Source: Albugo candida (lineage: Eukaryota). Taken from it: a stretch of DNA of 64,000 bases. Position 1 is the first letter of the stretch. Every line of letters begins with the position of its first letter. Of the stretch, positions 1 through 11,500 are shown one piece after another. The DNA is taken from assembly GCA_040437565.1 (NCBI GenBank), contig JBDOQK010000022.1:310001-374000 (forward strand). Reading direction: 5' to 3'. Made by a program: the position numbers and the translations under genes. The notes below the pieces were generated by a model, which had not been told where the DNA came from, searched no databases, and saw only the letters and a list, made by a program, of their open reading frames with translations.

Positions 1-863
1 TCCGATATCAACAAAACGTATAGCTCGCTTGTTATTTCATGTTCATGAGCGAAGCTGGTATCGTCGACCAGCACTGCTATTCCAGATGATTCAAGCGCCA
101 TGCAACGAAGGCATCTCGTGCGTAACTTGAGGGTAGTGCTAGCCAGAAAGCATCTTGTCGACACATGTTGTGTCTCATATATAAATGGGATCATGACATC
201 GAATGGCACTTCAGCTGCATTGAATTTCAAAGTTGCCCCAGAAAATGGACTGAAATGACGCATGTACAATTTTCTGGCAAGATTAGAACAAGTACCGTAA
301 CGAAATTCATACTGTTGTCCCCTACACACCCCCGATTCCGAACACGGTGCAAAAATGTCTCTCTGGTGTGTGTATAGCACATGCAAATATTGTTCGTTTT
401 CGTTCTTGGCTATCAGTTGAAATTTTTGAATGGTATGAGAGCCGCTAACCATTCTAAGACAGGTTCCGCATTCAAAACTAGTTTGCACATCTGTGAGAAC
501 GCACACTGCTTCTGATAATCCTAGCATGTCTGCAGCAATTGTATTGTCGGTGATCTTCGTGTTTTCCATTGTGATGAAGCCGCATGTAAGATCACTCTGA
601 CAATCAAGCTTGGCTCTCATGAAAGAAGCAGAATAACCAGACGCGTGGAAGTGTACTGTTGTTGTTAATGATTTGGGGTCGTCCGTAGGAGGTGAAGCAA
701 GCGAAAGTCGATCCATTCCGGCAATATCTGTCAGACAGGACTGGCACTTGCCCAGATCACTATTGTGGGTGAGTGTCGCGGTGATTTGTATTTGATCGTT
801 GGCGTCAGTGACCGTATTTAGCAGCCACACAACGGAAAAGAAGAGCCAATTTTGTCGGAACAT
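1..863 (-). CDS. CCG-class secreted cysteine-rich effector candidate, copy A (3' end runs off the window; 287 open codons visible)
   Basis: Manual translation from ATG at 863: MFRQNWLFFSVVWLLNTVTDANDQIQITATLTHNSDLGKCQSCLTDIAGMDRLSL...CVLTDVQTSFECGTCLRMVSG...YLHVLYT...CLRCMALESSG...ELYVLLIS, with no stop before base 1. It has a hydrophobic N-terminus, CxxCLxxxxG at residues 40-49, and is colinear with the 19536 and 51899 paralogs. It is absent from the ORF track because it has no stop in the window. Confidence 0.88.
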   Translation of the reverse strand, partial: MFRQNWLFFSVVWLLNTVTDANDQIQITATLTHNSDLGKCQSCLTDIAGMDRLSLASPPTDDPKSLTTTVHFHASGYSASFMRAKLDCQSDLTCGFITMENTKITDNTIAADMLGLSEAVCVLTDVQTSFECGTCLRMVSGSHTIQKFQLIAKNENEQYLHVLYTHQRDIFAPCSESGVCRGQQYEFRYGTCSNLARKLYMRHFSPFSGATLKFNAAEVPFDVMIPFIYETQHVSTRCFLASTTLKLRTRCLRCMALESSGIAVLVDDTSFAHEHEITSELYVLLIS

Positions 864-877
864 GACCAGACAATTTG

Positions 878-893
878 AAAATGAGAAATGAAC
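878..893 (-). promoter_or_regulatory. Oomycete Inr+FPR core promoter element of CCG copy A
   Basis: Minus strand reads GTTCATTTCTCATTTT, a 15/16 match to the oomycete consensus GCTCATTYYNCAWTTT, ending 14 nt before the ATG. TCTCACTTC lies at a similar position in copies E and F. Confidence 0.6.
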
Positions 894-2461
894 TCAATCT
901 TTACGTAAAACAATTTCGATAGGGTTCATCCAGACCAGCCATTTTTCCTAGAAAAAAGTATTGTACTTTATATTATCCGTTGAAAGAAGAGGTGATCCCT
1001 ATCATCCCTAGTTTCCCGCGCATGAGAAAAAAGTAGCTTTATTGGTCGTTAGTTGTGACCAGAAATCTTTATTAACCAATAGAATGGAGAGATGAAAGAA
1101 GCGTTCTTCGAAGCTGCATTCTGTCGTATCAAACGATACATGAAACGGGATTTATACTCCGATAGCTGCTCTCTACAGTTATATTGACTTTTCAAGCTGT
1201 GCAGGCATTACGCAAAGAAAAAGATGCATCTAGTGAAAGTAATGGAAGTCATGTGAAAAAAATCGAATGTGGAATGAGCATAATTGAATGTTGTGATATG
1301 AACGAATTGAAATTGCTGCAGATGACAATCGCACGAGATAGTAGCCAGTAACAATATGAATCAGTTAGGGCTGGATGTGCTATTCCACAGGTACAGAATC
1401 GAACAATGTCTTTTTTATCTGCTTTTTTTGTTAGAGATATCCGCTTACTTTATAACCTCCGATTGTATATATGTAAAAGTTCCGGGCAACGCCAATATCA
1501 CTAAAATTCGTTTTGTATTGCACCTATCGACTTAATTTTGTTCCGGCATGGACGTTTGGATAGACTAATGAGGAAGGAGTGGCGATTCTTATACGGTAGA
1601 AGAGTGTAGATTAATGAAATAAAATCAACCACGCGCTTTCCTCTGCCGAGCAACACGCACAAAGAGGGTGTTATACTTCCTAGTCGTTACAACAATCCGA
1701 GCTACTTATTGCTTCTCAACTGACTACTGCGTTCAATTGGACGGAGAAGCATTTCTCGTTGGTTCAAAAGTAAAACGGTCATTGAAATCTTTTATTTATC
1801 ATCAACCGCATACTCTAGGCCTTCAAGTAGTTCTGGTTTATTTCATACGTGGATTATGTATGTTCCTGCACCACTAGTGTCAAGCCTGACCTACAACATT
1901 GTATTTTATGTTTTTGTGTTGGTGCTTATACAAAGTCTCAGATGCATCGTAGTGTGCTACATATCTCTCTCTACGATTTGAGGAAGCCATCATTACCTTC
2001 ACTTACCTAGTAGGACGCGACCAGAGGTATGTAACGTAGGTACAGTGCAAAGAGCACATTATAATGCGGATGACTCATGAATAAAAAGTATCGAGTCTAA
2101 GTACGGCTCAGTCGAGTCATTTCAATCCATTTTTGTGTTCTAGATCATTCATGACATAACAGAACCGATCACGCAATGAGGTCAGATAAAACATATCTTA
2201 ATTCTTCGAAGCCTGCATAAGGTGACGTTTCATTCCAGTAGCAATTCAATGCCGCATCAGCTCGCAGACACTCAGAGGTACCCCGGACACATATATACAA
2301 CGTCATTTTGGATAGTCCAATGAAAAATATGATCAACCGAGAAAGTATGCCAAAAAGTGAGTTGAGCAATGGTGGGTAAGAGAAGAAGGGGGGCAAAACT
2401 GAATTGCAATGGTCTTGTCTAGCTGGACGCTTTCCGCTAGTTTACTCTATCAGCTGTAGCA

Positions 2462-2876
2462 GAGGGTTCCGTACCCAGCTCACTCGGTTAAGCACTTGAG
2501 CGCACGGACCCCCTGCAGGAGGTCGTTAGTTCTATTCCCGGCAGTGTGGGCAGCGGTTTGAGCCCACCCAAGCAATAAGCTTGGAAAATATCTGCCTCCC
2601 TAGGTTTGAAGTCAGACTTAAGTGATATTCACACGGTCAGGGNNNNNNNNNNNNNNNNNNNNNNNNNNNNNNNNNNNNNNNNNNNNNNNNNNNNNNNNNN
2701 NNNNNNNNNNNNNNNNNNNNNNNNNNNNNNNNNNNNNNNNNNAATAAGCTTGGAAAATATCTGCCTCCCTAGGTTTGAAGTCAGACTTAAGTGATATTCA
2801 CACGGTCAGGGACTCATGATAGGATAAGGAAGGTAGTTAACAAACCGGATAAACAGTGTAATGAAATCCTTGACAA
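2462..2876 (+). mobile_element. tRNA-derived SINE with 16-bp target-site duplication
   Basis: TCTATCAGCTGTAGCA occurs at 2446-2461 and 2877-2892. The head has A-box-like CAGCTCACTCGGTTAAGC and B-box-like GTTCTATTCCC. It contains an N gap with an artefactual 68-bp duplication, so the true length is about 250 bp. Confidence 0.75.
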
Positions 2877-4697
2877 TCTATCAGCTGTAGCATTGTAGAA
2901 TACCGTGAGCATGAGCCTTGCGTCAGATTATTTAGACCTGTGGAGTCTTGCATATCGATACTGAGTCAGTAGATCGAGAATAGAAGAGGTAGCTTTGTTA
3001 CGTGGACCTTTTTGGCTTGATAATAGAAAATCGTGGTTTCAAAGTGGATTTAAATGAGTGCTTCCATAACAGTAAAAATATATAGTTATGATCGATAAAG
3101 GCATCGCAACAACGGGAACGCTTTCACGATTAGCATCGGTAACCAAGTGGGTGGTATATGATTGTAATAAAAGGTACATATGCGATTATAGTCGAATTTT
3201 AAGCTTACCGAAGGCTGTTGATGCAAGAAAACAAGCTCAAAACCATATCTACGAGCTAAAAGATTTTGATCAAAGCGAGCGAGCATTTCCCCAGATGAGT
3301 TTCTTCTTTTTTTCTATGCCTCTTGATCTTCGTCCTCCCCAGAATCTTGCTAACTTCATTTGCATCATTATTTGCAAGAAAGTATCTTTCTCTACTCATA
3401 TTTGATCAAACAGATCGTTTGCTAATCTCGAGTAGCGGTCAATGATGTACAAATCTTTGCTCACACCAGAACAATGGTACGTACTGAGTAGCAAAAGCGC
3501 GTAATTTCGAAATCCCCCAGCAAACAGATATTCTGTGTGTCTGGAAAATGTATGATGAAAGCTTTATGCATGGAATTGAACCAAGCAATAACATTGAGAA
3601 GAAGACATTTGACAGAGCACGAGCCCTGACTAATTTTTTCGATAGAGATAGCAGAATACCATTCTAAACATTAAGCTCACACATTGGTGGCCCGGAATAG
3701 TGCCGGAATCTGTCAGGAACACTCTAAGCCTTAGTGTAGTCGTGTTGGGTAGTCGCGATGTATCGGGAACAGCTTCTTCCAGGAAATCGTGCTGCTACTG
3801 TGTAGCATATCTTGACTCGAAAACCCTACCAGTTTGACATTGCAGATATGTATTATTCATTTAGGAGCGCAGTTAACTCGTTTCGATATTGTTGGCCACA
3901 TAACCGCCTCGGATTTTGCTGATTTGTATCTCTCCTTATCCTCTTCTTATCGATACTTCTGATTCTTCCACCTTGCTCTCAATTATTTACAATTATAAGA
4001 CCTAACGCGAGCTTCTTGACTACAAAGTTTTTTGCGTTGGTCCAAGACGCACAAGCTCGTCTCTGCGTTGTAATTGTACGTCATGTTGGCATCTTCGCCT
4101 TGGAAATGCGACCATTAAGAAGAATTTGGACTTACTTCAAATGTGAGTCTACTATGGGATGGAGTTCACGTCGATATTTAGAGCAGTGCTACGGTGCCTA
4201 CAATTTGCACACGCAACAAAAGAGTTTTTTTTACAGAAATGGAAGCGTTGGACTCTCTATGTCGTTGCCCACATTGATTGTTGTGTTCGTGAATCAAAAT
4301 CAAGTAGTAAGCTTGCACTTGTGGTTGTTTGGACGTATGTGACCGTTTGTAGCGTTTAAAGCAAAAATCAACNNNNNNNNNNNNNNNNNNNNNNNNNNNN
4401 NNNNNNNNNNNNNNNNNNNNNNNNNNNNNNNNNNNNNNNNNNNNNNNNNNNNNNNNNNNNNNNNNNNNNNNNAGTTCACGTCGATATTTAGAGCAGTGCT
4501 ACGGTGCCTACAATTTGCACACGCAACAAAAGAGTTTTTTTTACAGAAATGGAAGCGTTGGACTCTCTATGTCGTTGCCCACATTGATTGTTGTGTTCGT
4601 GAATCAAAATCAAGTAGTAAGCTTGCACTTGTGGTTGTTTGGACGTATGTGACCGTTTGTAGCGTTTAAAGCAAAAATCAACATGATAATAAATCAG

Positions 4698-7561
4698 GTG
4701 TATTGATATCCCGACAGCTTTTTTGTTTAATTACAGCATGTCTAGTTAAATTATCACTCTCACAACTTTTTCTTTTTTACTAAATACAATTTTTTTTACA
4801 TTTCTAACTAATTACATCCATACACACCCTAAATTGTTGCTCCGACAACTTCAATCGAGACTTATTTGTTATTGGCTAATACACAGATGTTTCAAGTGTG
4901 ATAGGCTAATACATATGACAATTTCCATTTGACACATATTTTTATTTTTAGCGCTGCCTAGGAGATTGCAATATGCTTCCCCCACCAGTACATCAAACCT
5001 ACAACACATTTGAAGAGCTCTTCAAAGGCTGTACAAGAGTTTGCATTCATTGAAGGCTATGCGTTGGCTATAAAGAGCTTTACCAAAAATCTGCGATACT
5101 ACATTAAGTGTGGCGTAGAAAGGACATACGATACAAAGCAAGATTGGAGCACAAAATTTCAACTCTACTGATACAAAGTAGAACAGGACAAATATTACAC
5201 AGGAGGATCAACAGCGCCAAACTGCCACCAAGTTGATTGACTGCCCGTTTTTGCTCTACGTCACAATACATAAACGTGATTCAACATGGAGATTGCTTGT
5301 ACAAAATGGTCAACATAACCATGGAAAATCAAAAGATATTTCTGGGCATTTAATAGCACGAAAGCTTACTATTAATGCAAAAACAACGATTCGAAGGTGC
5401 CTTCAATCTGGAACTAGACCTAGCGAGGCGAGAAAAGCTCTTGAACTGCAAGATTCATCAAATAGAGCTAGCATGAGGGACATTTACAATGAAAATGTAA
5501 AGTCGTGAATTAGCCTTAGAAATTTGTGTACTTACATATGTTAGAATTTGATTTTATTCTAATCATTTCACTTTCCTGGTTAAGATGCGAAATCAGTCCC
5601 TCAATGGTAGAACGCAAAATTGCAGCACTACTTGAGGAACTCAAGGAAGTCCATTACATCTCTTCAACCCAATGCAGCAATGACAACAATCTGACGCACC
5701 TTTTTTTTGCCAATCAAACGTCCATAAGTTGACGCGACGCTTTCCTTCTGTTTTGTTCTTAAACTGCACATACAAGACAAACAATTAGAAAATGTCCCTG
5801 CTCCATGCTGTTGGGTTTACTTGCCTAAATTGAATATTCTCATCATCCTTTACATTCCTGCCGAAGGAGCATCAGGAGGACTACATATGGGCACTAAAGC
5901 AGGACAAAAGTATCTATATTGGGGTATCATCTCCGAAGGTCATCATCACAGATCGCGAGCTTGCGCTAGAAAGGGCTGTCTAGGAAGTTTTTTCATCAAG
6001 CAAGCATCTCCTTTGTCGTTGGCATATTGAAAAAATGTGGTGGCAAACTGTTAGGGAAATTTTGGCACTTTAAAGAATTTGATGATTTTATGAGTGATTG
6101 GTCCCATCTAAGCAATGTTTCTCATGAAAAACACAGATTTATTAGTATCTAATTACAAGTTGCAGAACAGCAGAATTCCTGACACTCTTCCCATCTCGTA
6201 GTAAAATATGAAAATAAAGTATGAATCAAAGCCAAATCAATTGTTTTACTTGGAAGAGACATGGCTTTTGCACAAGGAACGATTTGTTACAGCACGGACA
6301 CAGTTTTACCTATACTTCGGGAAATTAACACATCGCAAGACGAAGGAGCACACTCCACAATCAAAAGATGGTTAAAGGTCTCAACAATGGATTTGCGAGA
6401 TGTAAGAGCCAAGTTAGCTAATTGTCTACAACAGCACGAGAGGGAGTTTCGTACAGCAGTTGCAGCAACAGAAACTCGAGTTCATCTCGATCTGAATGAC
6501 AGCATATATGATGGTGTAGTGTGTTAGGTGTCTCCCTTTTCTCTGATAAAAATAATAGATGATATCAAGGAGGGCTTAGCTGGCAAAAGGGCAGGAACTT
6601 GCACGCATGCTTTCGAAAGAATTCATGGTCTGCCGTGCTGGCACTACTTTCCAAAAAAAATCGATAATGACTAAACCCTCTTACCATCCGTCCTCCACCC
6701 ACAATGGCACCTTTCTTTAGTAATCACATCAACAGTCTCAGAGGATGCTAAGAAGATTCAAAGACTGATATTGTAGAATGTCGAAAAATTGTGCAGCAAC
6801 TTGAGACAACTTATCACGGCTTTAACTCCAGTGAACAAAAGGAAACGAAAGCTCAACTTATGCAGATGACAACCCAGAGATCAAGAGCACCAAATTCCCT
6901 CTGTACTATACTTAAGCAGCGGGGAAGACCAGTAGGAGCAAAGCAGCCTCTTCAGAATGAAGCTTCCGTGAAACGAGATTATCAGCATTTGAACATCAGA
7001 CACAGGGGAAATGCCGGTGCAGCAATTGCGGGAAAATCGGTCGTAACAAGCGATCTTGCAGAATTACGGTCATATGCTTAGATTCTGGACAAGCTTTGGT
7101 AAATAATTAGATATTTTGCCTTTACAGATTTTTTTCATCATACATTTTATTTTTGGCCGTTATTGTAGATTAACTTTTGCATCTTTACGACGCATTATAG
7201 CTCAACAAACTGGCAATGAATCTTCTATCAATGGTGAGTGTTTAGCTCAGCAAAAGTTTTTTATATTACTAGAATTAGCCTTAGACGTGAATTGCTTCTG
7301 TTAGCTAGAAATGTGGACGTGTTTATTTTTCAAAAAAGTTGTGGGAGTGATAATTTAAGGAGACATGACGTATTCTAAATAAAAATATATGTAATTTAAA
7401 GAAAAAGTTGTCGGGATATCAATACCCATTATTTATTGTTTCAAAAAAGTTGTGGGATTGATAAATCAAGTAGGCATTGTGTAATTTCAAATGAAAAATA
7501 AAAATGCAATTTAAAAAAAGTTGTCGGGATATCAAAAAAATTTGTCGGGATTTCAATACCC
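4698..7561 (+). mobile_element. Mutator-like (MULE/FAR1-type) DNA transposon with disrupted transposase
   Basis: TIRs GTGTATTGATATCCCGACAGC (4698) and TTTGTCGGGATTTCAATACCC (7561), with subterminal repeats at 7330-7560. Fragmented ORFs carry CPFLLY..WRLLVQNGQHNH, FLNCTYKTN, LCRWHI, SWIM-like CTHAFERIHGLPCWH, RGRP and a C-terminal CSNCGKIGRNKRSC knuckle. Many stops and frameshifts; no clean TSD. Confidence 0.85.
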
Positions 7562-7757
7562 TAAATTAAAATATATACCAAGGATGTGTATCATACGTAC
7601 TAATATACACATGGCTGAGATCATAACGCGAAAACCCAGTGTTAGATGAAAATCCTCCTATCAACAATGCAATATATAGTAAACATCACAAAGCATAGAA
7701 TTATGCGTCCCTTATTGAACAGATCCTAAGAATGGGACGAAAATGGCTGTACATTCG

Positions 7758-8036
7758 TGTTGGACGATACCGTTTTCTGACAGGTCGTCAACTGCAAGCA
7801 CCGTTACAAGTAAAGTACGACCTCTCTTGAACGGATGTCTGGTGACAACATGACAGATGGTACGAGGAGAGACTGTCACCAGGTGAGACCAGACGGATTG
7901 ATGTGAACCGTCACATGTTCATGCTTGTAAGCCGTTGCACAAGCATGTTGTAGTGCTGACAAAAAAATTAACTCTGAACGTATTTATTTTTGCTTCTACC
8001 TCTATTGCAACATGTGCGTTTATAATACTTTTAAGA
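7758..8036 (+). repeat. 5' LTR of Copia element
   Basis: Aligns by eye with 14142-14427 and 15578-15875 (ACAGGTCGTCAA, GTAAAGTACGACCTC, CTACCTCTATTGCAACA blocks); followed by the PBS-like sequence. Confidence 0.8.
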
Positions 8037-11000
8037 GGTGATGAGTCCACAGAACCGTGTTGGTCGCACAGCTCAACTAGATACACCCGCTGTGGTGGTC
8101 GCTGGACGTGTCCTGACCGTGGCACAACAATTGGAAGAAATGTCGGCAGTGCCAGCGTCGGCACTGGACAAGATCTCGTCATACTTGGTGACTTGTCGGA
8201 GCGGATGTGGAAGATGGAATTCTTTATCAGGACGGTCAAGCCAACCAAGATCAAAAGGACTCTCAAGAGTCAGAAAGTTTGGATCAATTTCGGGTTCAGT
8301 GGCAGGTAATGACCTGCAAACTTTGAGGCGTACCCCTCATCCCCAACGCTCGCCAAATGTCTCCCCGGCCACATACTTTAGATCCTTACGAGCAGCTTAC
8401 GCTAAGCTTATGATTGACCAACTGGTTCAGGTGGATAGCAGCTATGGATTAATTTGGAGACAAAGTCTGGCCTTCATGGGAAGGGTGCACTTGCAGGAAT
8501 GTACCCAGGTATTCGTATACCAGCTCCTGCTTATTATCAACTTGTGTAGGTACACGAACGTATAACGAATGGTAAGCAGCAATAATTGACGGTGCAACAC
8601 TTTGGCGGAAAGGAAGTCTACCATGGACTTGGTAGTATGTTCATTGAATAGGGCTGTGCGAGAAGCTGGCTTCTGCGAGGTTCCGGTAATTTTGTTTGGC
8701 CTTAAGGCAATAACGTTGATGTTCTTGGTGAACACCTTAAAGGCATTGCACAGAAGCATTATCGTCGGCATGTAAAACTTGATGGTCTAAGAGTCAAAAT
8801 TTGGAGAATGCTATGGAAAGGTTGCTACAGATTTTCACTACCAAAAATAGCACCTGCACAGAGTATTGACTTTTTATTGCTGACAAGCCATCGCAGTGTT
8901 GTTGGACGGAAACATTTTGTGTAGCTGACGGCTGTGAGTGACGCATGCGGAGGCACGGAAACTCTTGTACTGGACACATTGCTGTATCAACATACAGCAA
9001 TGTGCACATCGATGCTGTAGGATGAAGACCTCACCATACTTGCACATTCGACGAACCTCGACCTTTGAGTACAAAATTTCGGTATAGACGCTGTAATTGT
9101 CGTCGAAACGACGAAGGAATTAAGGAAGTTTCAAAGGTCAAAAAGCGTCCTGAAGATTGAGTTTTGGAAAGGTGCCATCAATGTGGCAACACTGGTGACC
9201 TCAAGACATATTGCCTGAAGAAAGGCAAGAAAGGACAACATAAAGATTTTGATGTCAACGGTCAGCGATGTGAGTCCATATCAACCAGCGGTTGGGATTT
9301 GAAAAATGGCTTGAGCCTGTACGTCGCTGCGGCCGACTGCCAGAAAGAATGGTCCCCGCAACTTCTGACGGAGAACCCTTATGGATCATCAGACAAGAAT
9401 GCGTGATTATCCGGGTTAGGCACTTGGTATTGTAAAGACAATGCGACGTCTTGATGGTCAATGCACATCCAATTGGGGCTAAGCACTATTCCCTTCGGTA
9501 AACTGAAATGAAGAGATGCACTCTTGAATACCGTAAAGGGAGGCGCGTGATGGTTTCTAATCCTAGTTATGCAGCCATCATAAACGGTAATTGTATCAAC
9601 GATGTGTTTATTGCTTGAGTTTACAATGGTTTTAAAGTGGTCGTTTTCGTGGATTTTATTCACCAAAGAAGGCGACTATCGCAATCTGGAATGGTGATGG
9701 AGATGAACATAACCTGAGTGTTCATCATGGAAGCTTCTAACTTTTCATCGTCGTTTGGGTCATCCGTGATAGGAAAAATACCACCGCTATCTCGCTGCCC
9801 TGCCCCTGGTATAAAGTTGACGGATACTATGCGTACGAACTAGTTGGCATGCGCCCAAGACAAGCAGACGAAAAACGTACAGTCACGCAAGGACTGCGGG
9901 TCAAATTTCGCCAACCAATTTGATTCAGTGCGTCATCGTTTCGACCTAGAAAGTACCATGACTCGCCCTGATCTAGTAGTCAATTGGTCTATGGTCAACT
10001 TTATCGATCATTGATGAAGCCCTTGCCTAGTGTTGCTCGCGAAGACGAAGGATGTAAAAGCGATGGGCATTAATGATTTCGTGGTGTTCTGTGAAAAGTG
10101 GTTTAATTACCTTATAAACGCTCTACATAGAGACGGTGAACGAGAAATCAAGTCTATGAACGTGCTTTTCAAAAACACCTGGTGTCTTACGACAACTAAG
10201 TGAGAGAAAGAACCAGTCAAGGAATGGAAAAGCTGAAAAGATCCACCGCATTACCGCGCAAGAATCGACTAGATCATATTTGCATGTCGGATGAGCTATT
10301 CAACGTGCCAGTTTTCTGTCAGCTACTAGTCACACCGAATGATGACATCCATTTTTTCGCATGAACGGAGGTTGTGATGAAAAGTCCGTCAATTCAAAGA
10401 AGACCTTGCTGTTCAACTTTCTTACAAGACTTTGCTTACAGCACTATTTTATCACATCTGAGCAGTGAACGCGAAACTGGTTTGCACCTATCCGATGTGA
10501 TTTGTTGGAATCCGAATCACCGGCGTATCGGTGATATATTGAACCAAATTGTCATTTTGGTTTATTGTAAGGGTTTTGAATATGCGAAGTAATTCAGAAC
10601 AATAGCCTTTATCTAGAAGAAATACCTCAACAGCAAGAACCTGCATCTCCACTATCGACTACCACATATTCTGATCAAGGATTACCAAAGTCACAGTCGT
10701 TCCCTGTACCATCATGAACATAAAGCGCAGCATGGGTTTTATAAGTGGGCTACCCTTGTAGATTTTGGAGCGATGACGCTGAATTTGAATCCTACATCCT
10801 CAATGAGAGTCCCATCAAGGCAAATAAAGGTGCCATCTCCTCTATTGAGATGTTGACCACGACATGACCGGTCTTCAATGACAATATGTTCGTTCGCTCC
10901 CAACGAATGGTGCACCCAAACACTAAATACAAATGTTTGGGCGTGCGCGGGAACGTGGCAATCATCATCGGAAGGCCGATGAGATGAAGGGATATCGGAC

Positions 11001-11500
11001 ATATATACCAATGGAGCGTGTGATGGTAGTAACTCAGCATGATTGGAATATTGAACCCTTATCGATATTAAAGACAGTAGATTGGTTGTACAAAAGGTCA
11101 GAAGCTTGATGGAAACCATGGCAAGCACTCAACGAAATGACTATTCTGATGGGCGCGTTACCAATACCTGACACCAGTGAGAAAGTTGGTCAGACAAGGG
11201 TTGAAGGTAGCATCATTGAAGTTCAAGACGCTCTCAATACTATCATCGAATAGGACCAAGAACCTACGTCGAGTCTGTGAAGAGCACTAGCAAAGACAAG
11301 TGGTTCGTACAATGATGTGTTCTTACTCTCCACGTGTAGGTAGTAGCCTTGATTGCACCTTACGTGGATTGGTTGAGACATATCGTTTCCCTGTGTTCTG
11401 GGGGGACGTCACTGTCGGTTTCTACGTCGCAGGAAATGATTGATGAAGATATGAACACTATGAATGCAAATGATGTGTGGAGAGTGGTACTTTCACCAAT

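Noticed and set aside
2462-2545. Functional tRNA gene
   Set aside because: A/B boxes are degenerate, no convincing cloverleaf forms, and the unit is bounded by a TSD, so it is a SINE head.
7330-7561. CRISPR-like or regulatory repeat array (AAAAAGTTGTCGGGATATCAA)
   Set aside because: Irregular spacing, eukaryotic context and identity with the MULE TIR show these are subterminal repeats.
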